From an uncultured archaeon (GTDB lineage Archaea; Thermoproteota; Nitrososphaeria_A; Caldarchaeales; Wolframiiraptoraceae), in assembly GCA_937974645.1 (NCBI GenBank), contig CALJVH010000010.1, positions 1,771 to 65,770 of the forward strand: 64,000 nucleotides of DNA, given 5' to 3'. The stretch's first letter is position 1, and every line of letters starts with the position of its first letter. The translations under genes and the position numbers were made by a program. A model generated the notes under the pieces. That model did not search any database, was not told the origin of the DNA, and saw only the letters and a program-made list of their open reading frames with translations. This document shows positions 47,445-56,380 of this stretch, piece after piece.

Positions 47445-47783
47445 TTGAGCATGCCTACTAAGGATATAGGAATACCGGTTAAGCCCCCAGAGAAGGAGTG
47501 TGAAGACCCGAAGTGCCCTTTCCACGGCCACCTTAAGGTAAGAGGGATAATTCTCACGGGGATCGTCTACAAGAGGAAAATGACTAGGACAGTTATAGTT
47601 AGGAGGGAGTACCTTCATTACGTGAGGAAATATAAGCGTTATGAGCATAGAAGGAGCAATATACCCGCTCACCTCCCTTCATGCATGGATGTCAAGGAGG
47701 GAGATAAAGTAAGAATTGCGGAGTGCAGGCCATTGAGCAAGACCGTCCATTTCGTGGTCATCGAGAAGCTTGAGAAAAAGTGA
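47445..47783 (+). CDS. rps17: Ribosomal protein uS17
   Basis: CEDPKCPFHGHLKVRG...VRIAECRPLSKTVHFVV. Confidence 0.85.
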   Translation: MSMPTKDIGIPVKPPEKECEDPKCPFHGHLKVRGIILTGIVYKRKMTRTVIVRREYLHYVRKYKRYEHRRSNIPAHLPSCMDVKEGDKVRIAECRPLSKTVHFVVIEKLEKK

Positions 47784-47825
47784 TCCTTAAAAACTTCCCT
47801 GAAAACCTAGAGCAGGTGGCATGGT

Positions 47826-48260
47826 ATGTCCAAGAGGAGCAGGGCCGTCGCGGCCATAGGGATCCTCGAGAGAAGGCCCGATATACCGAGAACAATTAAT
47901 GTAGGCTCTCTCATTCCATGCGCCGATAACTCGGGAGCCCAGCTCCTCAAAATAATCCAAGTACACGGGATTAAGACTAGGAGGCGGCGACACCCCTGCG
48001 CCGGTGTCGGGGATCTCATATCCGTTACCGTGAAGAAAGGACCGATAGACCTGAGAAAGAAGCCGATGCACGCCGTGATAATAAGGCAGAGAAAGCCGTA
48101 TAGGAGGCCTGATGGAAGCTGGATAATGTTCGAGGAAACGGCGGCAGTTCTAGTCACGCCTGAGGGCGATCTTAAGGCGACGGAGATTAAGGGACCCGTG
48201 GCAAGAGAGGCCGCTGAGCGCTGGCCTAGAATAGCAAACGCCGCGAGTATAATCATCTAG
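47826..48260 (+). CDS. rpl14: Ribosomal protein uL14
   Basis: LIPCADNSGAQLLKIIQV...GDLISVTVKKG... Confidence 0.9.
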   Translation: MSKRSRAVAAIGILERRPDIPRTINVGSLIPCADNSGAQLLKIIQVHGIKTRRRRHPCAGVGDLISVTVKKGPIDLRKKPMHAVIIRQRKPYRRPDGSWIMFEETAAVLVTPEGDLKATEIKGPVAREAAERWPRIANAASIII

Positions 48261-48268
48261 GTTCTGAG

Positions 48269-48508
48269 CTAATAAGCCTTGTGCAGGCCATAGCTCTTGG
48301 GGTTTCTTCTCCTCCGGGCCATGGGGCCCTTCATCGTCATAGCCCCCAGTCGGGTCGAATCTGCCCCACCTTCATCGACGCCCCGCGTCGCGGGGGCCAT
48401 CGGGGTGGGGGAAGACCCCTCATCTAAAGGAGAAGGAGGGTGGTTGGGTGGAGTGTTTATCGGCCTCAGCTGACTCTCCGCAACCCTCTTCATCCTCGGC
48501 TTCTTCAA
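48269..48508 (-). CDS. Questionable small basic Pro/Gly-rich ORF
   Basis: TTG start preceded by AGGAGG. Low-complexity composition and no recognisable family. Confidence 0.2.
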   Translation of the reverse strand: MKKPRMKRVAESQLRPINTPPNHPPSPLDEGSSPTPMAPATRGVDEGGADSTRLGAMTMKGPMARRRRNPKSYGLHKAY

Positions 48509-48643
48509 CCTCCTTCTATGATCGATGATTATGTTCGGCTTATCTTTTTATCTTCCTCGCAAATTCCTTGAAAAGCTGCGGGCTCGGCTCCATACCCCTA
48601 GCCATCATGCATATGTTTATAGCGGCTGGAATCCGTCTATCCA

Positions 48644-48994
48644 TCATAGGGCCGCTCTGGATAGCTTGAGCCTTGGGGATCCGCTTCCATAATCCTCATG
48701 GATGATCCTGGCCCTATGCTCATGGAGATATGCGATGAACTCGTCCAGAGATGTCTGGCATAGATAGAGGTCTAGGGATGCTTGGATGGGCGTGGGCAAG
48801 CCGCGCTCACCCCTAAAAACAATCCAGTCAGGAGGAATATGAGCGAGGAGGGGTTGGGTTGAAAGTGGGAGTATTGTGGGGGCTGTGGCGGGTGTGGCTG
48901 TGGGGCGTGATACCCAGTCATCTAAATTTTCATGGCGAAGAAATCTATCACCACATGATTCCTCGTCTTCGAGTAGCTTTTCACCCTCTTCCAT
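48644..48994 (-). CDS. Hypothetical protein; start uncertain
   Basis: The C-terminal half (DWIVFRGERGLPTPIQASLDLYLCQTSLDEFIAYLHEHRARIIHEDYG) looks protein-like. The N-terminal 24 codons overlap the Trm5-like gene. The stop forms an ATGA overlap with a 35-codon ORF at 48540-48647. Confidence 0.25.
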   Translation of the reverse strand: MEEGEKLLEDEESCGDRFLRHENLDDWVSRPTATPATAPTILPLSTQPLLAHIPPDWIVFRGERGLPTPIQASLDLYLCQTSLDEFIAYLHEHRARIIHEDYGSGSPRLKLSRAAL

Positions 48995-49752
48995 TCTAGG
49001 AGCTCGACCCTGTATCCCAAATGCCTCGCCCTCCCCAAGACATGCTCGATGAACTCCCTCTCGCCTCCTCTCCTCGCGAGATCATGAAAATGTATTGTCC
49101 CACCCTCAGGCTTCAGAGCGCCTAGCGCTGGGCTAAGAGCTTCAATCGTCCCCCAGAAATAGCCCATAATAACCCGATCCGCAATGCCCTGCATATGCTC
49201 CTCCACGATCTTCCTACAATCTCCAAGAACTGGCTGAACCTTTCCCTCAACCCCGTTTAACCTTATGTTCTCAACCAAGTACGTATATGCCTCAGAGTTT
49301 ATCTCGATGGCATAGACCCTCTCCGGATTTGAGAGAACGGCTATGGGGATCGTGAACTGGCCTATTCCGGCGAACATGTCGATAACTACCTCGCCGTCGG
49401 ATGCGAGGGCGGCGAGCCTAAGCCTCTCGAAGCTGTTGCCGAGGCAGAACATCAGCCTAGTCAGATCAAGCTTGAACACGCATCCGTATTCGCGATGCAC
49501 TATCTCACGAATGGGCTCGCCGGCTATTAGCTCGAGGCGAGGCCGCCTTTCAACCCCCTCAACGCCCCGGATGAGGTATACGGCCCGAACTTTGTAGAAC
49601 TGGAGAGTGCGTGCGCCTATCTCATGCTTTAAGCCCTCAACTTCCCCTCTTAGCCTAATAAGGGCTACCTTGTCCATCAGCTTTGCGTGAGATGGAAGAT
49701 AATCTACAGGAACTCCTTGAATGCTCCGAGCTAGGTAGTCCCTTAGCTTCAC
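48922..49752 (-). CDS. Trm5/Taw22-family tRNA (m1G37) methyltransferase
   Basis: Met-10+ like pattern: YGCVFKLD..., ERLRLA..., VVIDMFAGIGQFTIPIAV, VYAIEINSEAY, NIRLNGVEG. Confidence 0.75.
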   Translation of the reverse strand: MKLRDYLARSIQGVPVDYLPSHAKLMDKVALIRLRGEVEGLKHEIGARTLQFYKVRAVYLIRGVEGVERRPRLELIAGEPIREIVHREYGCVFKLDLTRLMFCLGNSFERLRLAALASDGEVVIDMFAGIGQFTIPIAVLSNPERVYAIEINSEAYTYLVENIRLNGVEGKVQPVLGDCRKIVEEHMQGIADRVIMGYFWGTIEALSPALGALKPEGGTIHFHDLARRGGEREFIEHVLGRARHLGYRVELLEWKRVKSYSKTRNHVVIDFFAMKI

Positions 49753-49824
49753 ACCGATTAGATCGTTGCCACGAGCCTCTTAGAAAACATTTATGAGGGT
49801 GTTAGCTGGTTCCGATCAGGAGGT

Positions 49825-50175
49825 GTGGTCGTGCCCCCGAAGAAGCCGAGCCTAAGCCAGCTTGAAAAAAGGACTTTACGTGCGAGAGAGGGCGGAGCGG
49901 CCCCTGGATCCGAGATTAGAGAGAAAGTTGTTGCCGGCGTGATTCCGCCGCCCGTTGACGAGGTTCTAGAATTCGTGAGAGATCAGCCATATTTGACGCC
50001 AAACGCTCTTGCTGAGAAGTTCGGGGTGAGGGTCTCAATAGCTAGACAAGTTCTCCGCGATCTCGCAGAAAGAGGTTATGTCAGGCTCGTTGTTGGGGAT
50101 AAGAGGCTTAGAATCTATGCTCCGGTGAAAGAGGCTCTTGCCGAAGTGAAGCCGAAGAAAGCTAAGAAGAAGTAA
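49825..50175 (+). CDS. rps25e: Ribosomal protein eS25
   Basis: Basic N-terminus plus winged helix (YLTPNALAEKFGVRVSIARQVLRDLAERGYVRLV). GTG start. Confidence 0.7.
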   Translation: MVVPPKKPSLSQLEKRTLRAREGGAAPGSEIREKVVAGVIPPPVDEVLEFVRDQPYLTPNALAEKFGVRVSIARQVLRDLAERGYVRLVVGDKRLRIYAPVKEALAEVKPKKAKKK

Positions 50176-50180
50176 AGCGC

Positions 50181-50555
50181 TTAACTTCTTCTAATCGTTA
50201 TCCTCGTCCCAACTTGAACCATCTTAAGCTTCTCGTAATCCGCTTGATACCTGCCGATCTTGGTCATCTGGGCTGGTGGAATAGCATCTGCGAAAGCCAG
50301 CGCTATACAATTTCCGGGAGGCCAATAGAGTATGTCGCCCGCGGTTACGCGATCGACAGGCTTTTCCGCCCCTCTATCCAGGGGAACTTGAAAGTATATG
50401 GCATAATTCCACTTGGCTATTGCACCTCCGATCGGAAGCATAGTGGCTAAAGACCTAACAGTGAGTGGCGCATAAAACCTGATTAACTCTCCATGGAGTA
50501 ATCCAAATCCCTCTATCTCAATCTTTATGGGAATTCTCGCGAGCGACATACTCAA
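50181..50555 (-). CDS. Cyclophilin-like fold protein (TM1367-like family)
   Basis: TVRSLATMLP...AKWNYAIYFQVP...GDILYWPPGNCIALAFA matches the family pattern as I recall it. Confidence 0.55.
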   Translation of the reverse strand: MSMSLARIPIKIEIEGFGLLHGELIRFYAPLTVRSLATMLPIGGAIAKWNYAIYFQVPLDRGAEKPVDRVTAGDILYWPPGNCIALAFADAIPPAQMTKIGRYQADYEKLKMVQVGTRITIRRS

Positions 50556-50583
50556 TGATCTATGAAGTAGCCCGGGTTTAAGC

Positions 50584-51249
50584 TTAGCCTCTTATAGCCG
50601 TGAGCACATGTTCTATGAATAGTGCTTCAGGTAATGCTCCCTCGAAGCTGACCACATCATTAATCACGACCTTAGGCACGGCCATCACCTGGTATCTTTG
50701 GGCTAGGTGGGGAAACTCAAGAATCTCAATCATATCCGAGGTAATATTCAGGTTTTCTATAGCCATCTGATGGGCAGTTCTGACGGCTATCGGGCAGTAG
50801 GGGCATGTCGGTGTAACGAAAACCTGTATATGAGCGTGGCGATCTATCTGCCTAACTTTCTCCTTAAGGCTTGGTGGTAGGCTTGAGGATCCCTTCGAGA
50901 CCTGAATTATATCATCGACGAGTGTCACGAACTCATAGCCGCCGGGGATACCGAAGAACCTTACACCATACTCCTTCTCGCCGAAGACCAGTAGTGCTGG
51001 AATCTTATCCACTTTAAGTCTCTCCGCGAGGCTTTTATCAGACTTGAAGTCATGAACCTCGACACTTATTCGCAGATCAAGCTCCGCTATCTCTTCAGCG
51101 AGGCTTCTTACTTCGGCACAATAATCGCATTCAAACTCTTGGGTAAAGACTATGAGCCTAACCTTGTTTGAGAGTTCTCTCTCAAACCTCGATTTTAGGT
51201 ACCTTCTCTCCCTCTCGCCAAGAATGGTCATAGGATAAGTGATTAGCAA
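50584..51249 (-). CDS. Protein disulfide oxidoreductase (two thioredoxin-fold units)
   Basis: Two CxxC active sites (CDYC and CPYC), about 110 aa apart, as in archaeal PDO. Confidence 0.8.
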   Translation of the reverse strand: MLITYPMTILGERERRYLKSRFERELSNKVRLIVFTQEFECDYCAEVRSLAEEIAELDLRISVEVHDFKSDKSLAERLKVDKIPALLVFGEKEYGVRFFGIPGGYEFVTLVDDIIQVSKGSSSLPPSLKEKVRQIDRHAHIQVFVTPTCPYCPIAVRTAHQMAIENLNITSDMIEILEFPHLAQRYQVMAVPKVVINDVVSFEGALPEALFIEHVLTAIRG

Positions 51250-51316
51250 GCGTAATGTAAGTCTTTTGTACCTCGGCCTCGATCACTTATAAGCCTGCTG
51301 AGAAATATAATAATAT

Positions 51317-51724
51317 TTGGTTATGGAGGGGGCTAGCAGATCTGAGGAAAAGCAGATTCTGAGAACTGGGATCGTTCTCACAGGAGCTTATGCGAATAGG
51401 ATTAGGAGGATTCTCTTCGCCCAGCTCTCCCAGAAAGTGAAGTCCGGTGAGATAGATAGCAAGGAGATTGCGAGGGCGGCTGGTGAACTTAACATGATAC
51501 TCTACGAGGCCTTCGTCAAATACCTCGCCCTCTCGAAGGGCGACTTAGTCAGGATAGAGGCCCCATATGTCATTTCCGAGGGGAGAATAATCTGGGATCA
51601 CGCGAACCTAAGAGTGAGGGCTTTCAGGGAGATAGGAGAAGGAGTTGTCAAGAAGGCTGTTGAGGAAGCCCTTAAACTGAGGGGGGTGCAAGAGACCGTA
51701 GGCGAGGCTATGGAATCCTCGTAA
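51317..51724 (+). CDS. Conserved-looking hypothetical protein
   Basis: 135-aa ORF of ordinary composition. No motif I can name. Confidence 0.4.
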   Translation: MVMEGASRSEEKQILRTGIVLTGAYANRIRRILFAQLSQKVKSGEIDSKEIARAAGELNMILYEAFVKYLALSKGDLVRIEAPYVISEGRIIWDHANLRVRAFREIGEGVVKKAVEEALKLRGVQETVGEAMESS

Positions 51725-52415
51725 CAGTTATTCTTCTTATGAGATCGGCAACATCCTCAGCCCTATCTGACGCGTTTTCAATATTTTCTATAGCTTCCTT
51801 CACCATTAAGACGTCGCTAAGCCTTCCCGAGGAGTCGCCCCACTTCAGCACCTCATTTATCAGATCATGCCTGAACTCGTCTATCTCCTCTTCTTTCCGC
51901 TCAACTAGGTCGGTGAGCTTTAACGTATCCTCCGACTTCTCTATCAACGCGTTAAGAGCTTCTCCGAGCTTTTCGATGATCTCCATCATGAAGCCCGTGA
52001 GCCCTACGAGCTTTCCCCTAACGGGCTCGGGTACATTCCTTGAATCAGTATAGAGGAGCTTCCGGGAAGCGGATTTCAGGTTTGCCGCAATATCATCAAT
52101 CGTCAGGACGAGTCCGATTATGTCCTCGCGGTCAATTGGATGAAATGGTCCTCTCGAAATTTCTGAGATTATCTTCTCCTTCTCCTCATCTGCCTCCCTC
52201 TCAAGCTTGAAAATTAGCTGGTACTTGCTGGAATATTCCTCGGGCCTGCAATCGGAGTAAAGGTCGATATACTCCTTGAAGGTCTTCGTGAGCTCCATGA
52301 CCTTGTCGAAGTGGAGCTTGGAGAGCTTCAGCATCTCTCGCTCCCTTTTCCTCCCAAGCCAGATCATTGGATGACCCCTGAACGCCAAAACTACCTCCTC
52401 CGAGATCTTCTTCAA
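51708..52415 (-). CDS. DUF47/PhoU-like phosphate transport regulator
   Basis: Helical-repeat protein immediately downstream of the PiT transporter gene (typical pairing). HPIDREDI and ASDRAEDVAD repeats. Confidence 0.7.
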   Translation of the reverse strand: MKKISEEVVLAFRGHPMIWLGRKREREMLKLSKLHFDKVMELTKTFKEYIDLYSDCRPEEYSSKYQLIFKLEREADEEKEKIISEISRGPFHPIDREDIIGLVLTIDDIAANLKSASRKLLYTDSRNVPEPVRGKLVGLTGFMMEIIEKLGEALNALIEKSEDTLKLTDLVERKEEEIDEFRHDLINEVLKWGDSSGRLSDVLMVKEAIENIENASDRAEDVADLIRRITVTRIP

Positions 52416-52435
52416 AACTTCTATGTTGAGAATAA

Positions 52436-53473
52436 TTAAGCTTTTGGTTTGAGTATAGGGCCTGTTATCGGCGCGATGAGAGTGTAAAGGATGTAGCTCG
52501 CAACCGCCGTGACCGTAACTGTTCCAATCCAGGCCATGAAGAGCTTTAGGACTGTGCTTTTGTTCACGCCAGCTGACCTATACATCGCGAGACCAACACC
52601 TATCACAGCCCCTACACCCGCAATAGATGTGGAAATAGGTATCCCGTATCCGAAGATGAGATATGGTATAGTGGTGAACATGTGGACTACGAACGCGTTC
52701 GAGAGCTCGGCCGCGAAGCCGGAGATTGGGTCGAGCCTAGTTATCCTGAAGGCCACGGTTCCGATGACCTTAGGTCCTAAGAGGAATCCTCCGGCCATCA
52801 CCCCGACGCTCCCAAGTGCAGCGAGAATAAACATAACATTCTGCTCTGGTGTTCCCCCAAAGACTATCTGGCTCACGGTCACGTAGACGCCCGTAGCATT
52901 TGCTATATCATTGGTGCCGAAAGCGTACGCCGAATAGCAGAGAGCCGCTATAAGAAGAGCTGGCATAATCCTTGCTGCAAGCGAATTATTCTCTCTTACC
53001 ATATGCACTATAAGCTTGTAAACGGTGTAGGCCATAAGTAATGCAAAAAGGGGAGAGGTTATCCAGCTTATGATTATCTTATATAGAAGATTCAAGTTGA
53101 CTTGGCCGAGACCGTAAGCGGCGACACCATAACCTATAACCGCGCCTGTTATCGAGTGCGTGACAGAGATTTCAAGACCGTAATAGTTGCAGAACATAAT
53201 CCATGCGAACGCCACTGATATTGTTACCAGAACTCCAAGTAGGTCTACCGCAGGCACTATCCCTCTACCGATAGTCTTCATCACCATGTACCCCTGCGTT
53301 AATGCCCCTAAACTTGTGAAGGCCGCAAAAAGAATTAGCGCCTTCCTGACTGATATAACTCTAGCGCCCACAGAGGTATCGCACGGGGTTGCTGCATCAT
53401 TGCCTCCCAGCGCTACCGCCATTAGGAAAGTAAGAAGGAAGCCAATTCCAACCGCTATAGGAGCTGGGTCCAA
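52436..53473 (-). CDS. Inorganic phosphate transporter, PiT family
   Basis: Duplicated GGNDAA.../GTNDIANATG signature motifs in a polytopic protein. Confidence 0.85.
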   Translation of the reverse strand: MDPAPIAVGIGFLLTFLMAVALGGNDAATPCDTSVGARVISVRKALILFAAFTSLGALTQGYMVMKTIGRGIVPAVDLLGVLVTISVAFAWIMFCNYYGLEISVTHSITGAVIGYGVAAYGLGQVNLNLLYKIIISWITSPLFALLMAYTVYKLIVHMVRENNSLAARIMPALLIAALCYSAYAFGTNDIANATGVYVTVSQIVFGGTPEQNVMFILAALGSVGVMAGGFLLGPKVIGTVAFRITRLDPISGFAAELSNAFVVHMFTTIPYLIFGYGIPISTSIAGVGAVIGVGLAMYRSAGVNKSTVLKLFMAWIGTVTVTAVASYILYTLIAPITGPILKPKA

Positions 53474-54162
53474 ATCCTGTGAAAAGTCAGGATGCTCATG
53501 ATAAATATCATTCCCTTATAATCTATTGTTACATACATAGATTATTGAGATTTCTCATGCTAGCGATAATTCGCCCCTCCTCCCCATAAAAATGATTTGT
53601 TAGCATGGAATATAGTTTGGCCAAGCATGCCTCTGGATGGAATACAAGACCGGTTTTTCATGGACGACGTTCCGAGAAACTAATCCGCTTATCCCTTGTT
53701 AATGAGGAGTTAGCCTTAACTAGGCATTTGATCGAATACCATTCTCCGCATCTCATCAATTATCATTCTCATCGTCACATAATCACCCCATTCCTATAGG
53801 CAAATATGATCCTAGGATTCCTCTAATCGCGATGAGCTGGTTGAGATTTGACATGAAGATGATACATTGTGCGCACTTGTTTGCAACCTATCTCAAACCG
53901 GGTCGGTAGAGGGCGTTTTAGATCCAGAAATTGTATCGAGTTTATCTCCTATTTCACGGCTTAATGTTGTGCTACGAGTTGTCATTTATTGAGATTAGTG
54001 ATTGGAGGAAGAAAGTCTTGCAGGTCAAAATAAATTAAATAAAAAATCCGCGAGAGAAATTATGATAAGCGGGTCATAGCTAGGTTGTAACTACTTATGG
54101 CGAGCATTCTTTAAAGGAATGGTTTAAAAATCACAGATCCTCTTTTATAGAGGGTTATCTTC

Positions 54163-54570
54163 TTGGTTAAGAGGCTCGCCATACTTGATGCGAATAGATG
54201 TGTTGGGTGTCAGCTTTGTATGCTTGCCTGCTCCAGTAGGCTTGGCTTCGCGGGATATGATAAATCAGCAATCCGGAGCCGGAGCGTTGGAGGGGTTGAG
54301 AGAGGTTTCACCGTCGTCGTCTGTAGGGCGTGCAAGGATCCACCATGCGCTCGAGTATGCCCCGAAGAGGCGTTAATTCCTAGACCTGGGGGAGGAGTTC
54401 TTTTGAGACCCGAGCGGTGCAATGGATGCGGCCATTGTATTGAAGCATGCGATATAGCCGCGATAACGATGGATGAGGAGACTCAGAAGCCGATAATCTG
54501 CATTTACTGCGGCTATTGCGCTCAGTTCTGTCCTTATAATGTGATAGCTCTCCAAGAGGTGGAGAATTGA
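54163..54570 (+). CDS. 4Fe-4S multi-cluster ferredoxin-like protein, putative AOR electron-transfer partner
   Basis: CVGCQLCMLAC, CRACKDPPCARVCP, CNGCGHCIEAC and CIYCGYCAQFCP. TTG start. 4-nt overlap with the AOR gene. Confidence 0.8.
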   Translation: MVKRLAILDANRCVGCQLCMLACSSRLGFAGYDKSAIRSRSVGGVERGFTVVVCRACKDPPCARVCPEEALIPRPGGGVLLRPERCNGCGHCIEACDIAAITMDEETQKPIICIYCGYCAQFCPYNVIALQEVEN

Positions 54571-56342
54571 TGAGCGAGTGGGTAAAAACTCTCTCCAAGG
54601 TTTTATACATAGACCTAGCTAGAAAGAGATATTGGGTCGAAAGTCGAGAGGATCTCTTCGGGAGATGGCTTGGAGGGATTGGTGTTGCAACCCAGCTCTA
54701 CATGGAGGAGGTTCCGAAAGGCGTTGATCCATTAGGCCCGGAGAACGTGATAATTTTCGCGGTTGGCCCCTTTACAGGCATCTTCCCAATGGCATCAAAA
54801 ACTATAGCAGTCTTCAAGTCGCCTCTAAATGGCTATTTCGCCGAGTCCCATGCTGGTGGGAGGTCTGCTCTAGCGATAAGGTTTGCGGGATACGGTGCCA
54901 TGGTGATAAGGAATGTGAGCGAAAGACCGGTGTACCTGGTGATAGAGCCTGATCGTGTAAGGTTCAGAGATGCAAGTGCCCTCTGGGGCGTTAGAAGCGC
55001 AGAGACCGTTGGGAGGATACTTAGGGGAGTTACCCCCGGCGCCGGGACGAGGAGCATCTTCAGGATAGGTGGAGCTGGAGAGAAGCTTGTGAGATACTCG
55101 ATGGTCATGGTTGAGACCTTCCGGCATTTCGGGAGAATGGGTCTCGGCGCAGTCTTTGGTTCCAAGAAACTCAAGGCAATAGTCGTGGTTCCAAGAAAAA
55201 ATTACAGATTCCCCGACATGAAGCGCTATAGGGAAGTCTACCAGAGGATCTTTGAGCTAGCTAGGGGCCCGAAGACCAAGAAGTACCATGATCTCGGAAC
55301 TGCTGAGAATGTACTCGTGCTCAACACGATAGGTGCCTTGCCTACAAAAAACTTCAGTCTAGGTAGATTTGATGGAGCAGAGGAAATTAGTGGAGAAGCT
55401 CTAGTCGAGAACGTATTAGCGCGCAGGGTAGCCTGTTCAGCATGTCCGGTCGCCTGCATCCATCTCGCGGCAATAAGAGAAGAATATGAGGACGAGAAAT
55501 TCATGTATAAGACGGAGTTCATATCATACGACTATGAACCGATCTATGCCCTCGGTACAAACCTCGGAGTTAAAGATCGATTCGGCTTACTCAAGCTCCT
55601 GAAGGCTGTCGAAGATCTGGGTCTCGATGCGATCTCGACGGGAGTAGTCCTCGGTTGGGCTACAGAGGCTTTCGAGCGGGGGTTAATCAGCAGATCCGAG
55701 ACGCTCGTTGACCTGAGATGGGGTGATTGGAGGAATTATATGAAGGCCTTAGAGAACATCGTGAAACAGCCAAACGAGTTCTATAAGACCCTCGCAATGG
55801 GGGTCGAGGAGGCGGCAAGAAAATATGGTGGAGAAGATTTCGCCATGGCTTTTAACAAGGTTGAACCAGCAGGCTATCTGACCGGTCCACTGTATTTCAT
55901 CTCCCTCGCAATAGGGTTCAGGCATTCGCACCTAGATGCTGGCGCATACTCGCTAGACCAGAAGCTATTCTCATCAGGCGAGAAGCTACCGGAACCTCAA
56001 GAGGCTGTCCAGAAGATAATCGAAGAGGAGTCTTGGAGACAAGTCCTTATATCACTCGCGCTATGCCTTTTCGCTAGAGGAGTGTATGATGAGGAACTTG
56101 TTTCAGAAGCTTTAAGAAGCCTCGGCTACGAGTACTCTCCAGAGGATCTAAAAAAGCTAGGGCGGGAGATATACTTCGAGAAGCAGAGACTAAAGTCGGA
56201 GGAAGGCTTTAGGGCGAGTAGACTAAGAATACCAGAGAGAATAACCGAGACGCGCACACCATTGGGGAAGATCTCAAGAGAATATGTTGAGAGGGCGTTA
56301 AAGGAATTCGATAACCTCATCAAAGATAGGCGGGAAGCATAA
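54567..56342 (+). CDS. Aldehyde:ferredoxin oxidoreductase family (tungstopterin) enzyme
   Basis: AOR-family length and N-domain (LGGIGVATQLY, GPFTGIFPMASK). Central ACSACPVACIH cluster region. Confidence 0.8.
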   Translation: MMSEWVKTLSKVLYIDLARKRYWVESREDLFGRWLGGIGVATQLYMEEVPKGVDPLGPENVIIFAVGPFTGIFPMASKTIAVFKSPLNGYFAESHAGGRSALAIRFAGYGAMVIRNVSERPVYLVIEPDRVRFRDASALWGVRSAETVGRILRGVTPGAGTRSIFRIGGAGEKLVRYSMVMVETFRHFGRMGLGAVFGSKKLKAIVVVPRKNYRFPDMKRYREVYQRIFELARGPKTKKYHDLGTAENVLVLNTIGALPTKNFSLGRFDGAEEISGEALVENVLARRVACSACPVACIHLAAIREEYEDEKFMYKTEFISYDYEPIYALGTNLGVKDRFGLLKLLKAVEDLGLDAISTGVVLGWATEAFERGLISRSETLVDLRWGDWRNYMKALENIVKQPNEFYKTLAMGVEEAARKYGGEDFAMAFNKVEPAGYLTGPLYFISLAIGFRHSHLDAGAYSLDQKLFSSGEKLPEPQEAVQKIIEEESWRQVLISLALCLFARGVYDEELVSEALRSLGYEYSPEDLKKLGREIYFEKQRLKSEEGFRASRLRIPERITETRTPLGKISREYVERALKEFDNLIKDRREA

Positions 56343-56380
56343 TATTGCCGCCTGAGCTCCCATAAAATGTTTTTGAAAAC

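Noticed and set aside
48290-48470. GC-rich segment considered as SRP RNA or RNase P RNA
   Set aside because: Neither strand shows the conserved SRP helix-8 GGAA..AGCA motif or the RNase P GAGGAAAGUCC-type CR-I element. I kept it only as an unexplained region in the findings.
53605-53799. 64-codon ORF inside the AT-rich spacer upstream of the AOR unit
   Set aside because: The translation is repetitive and His/Leu-rich. There is no ribosome-binding or promoter context and no motif.
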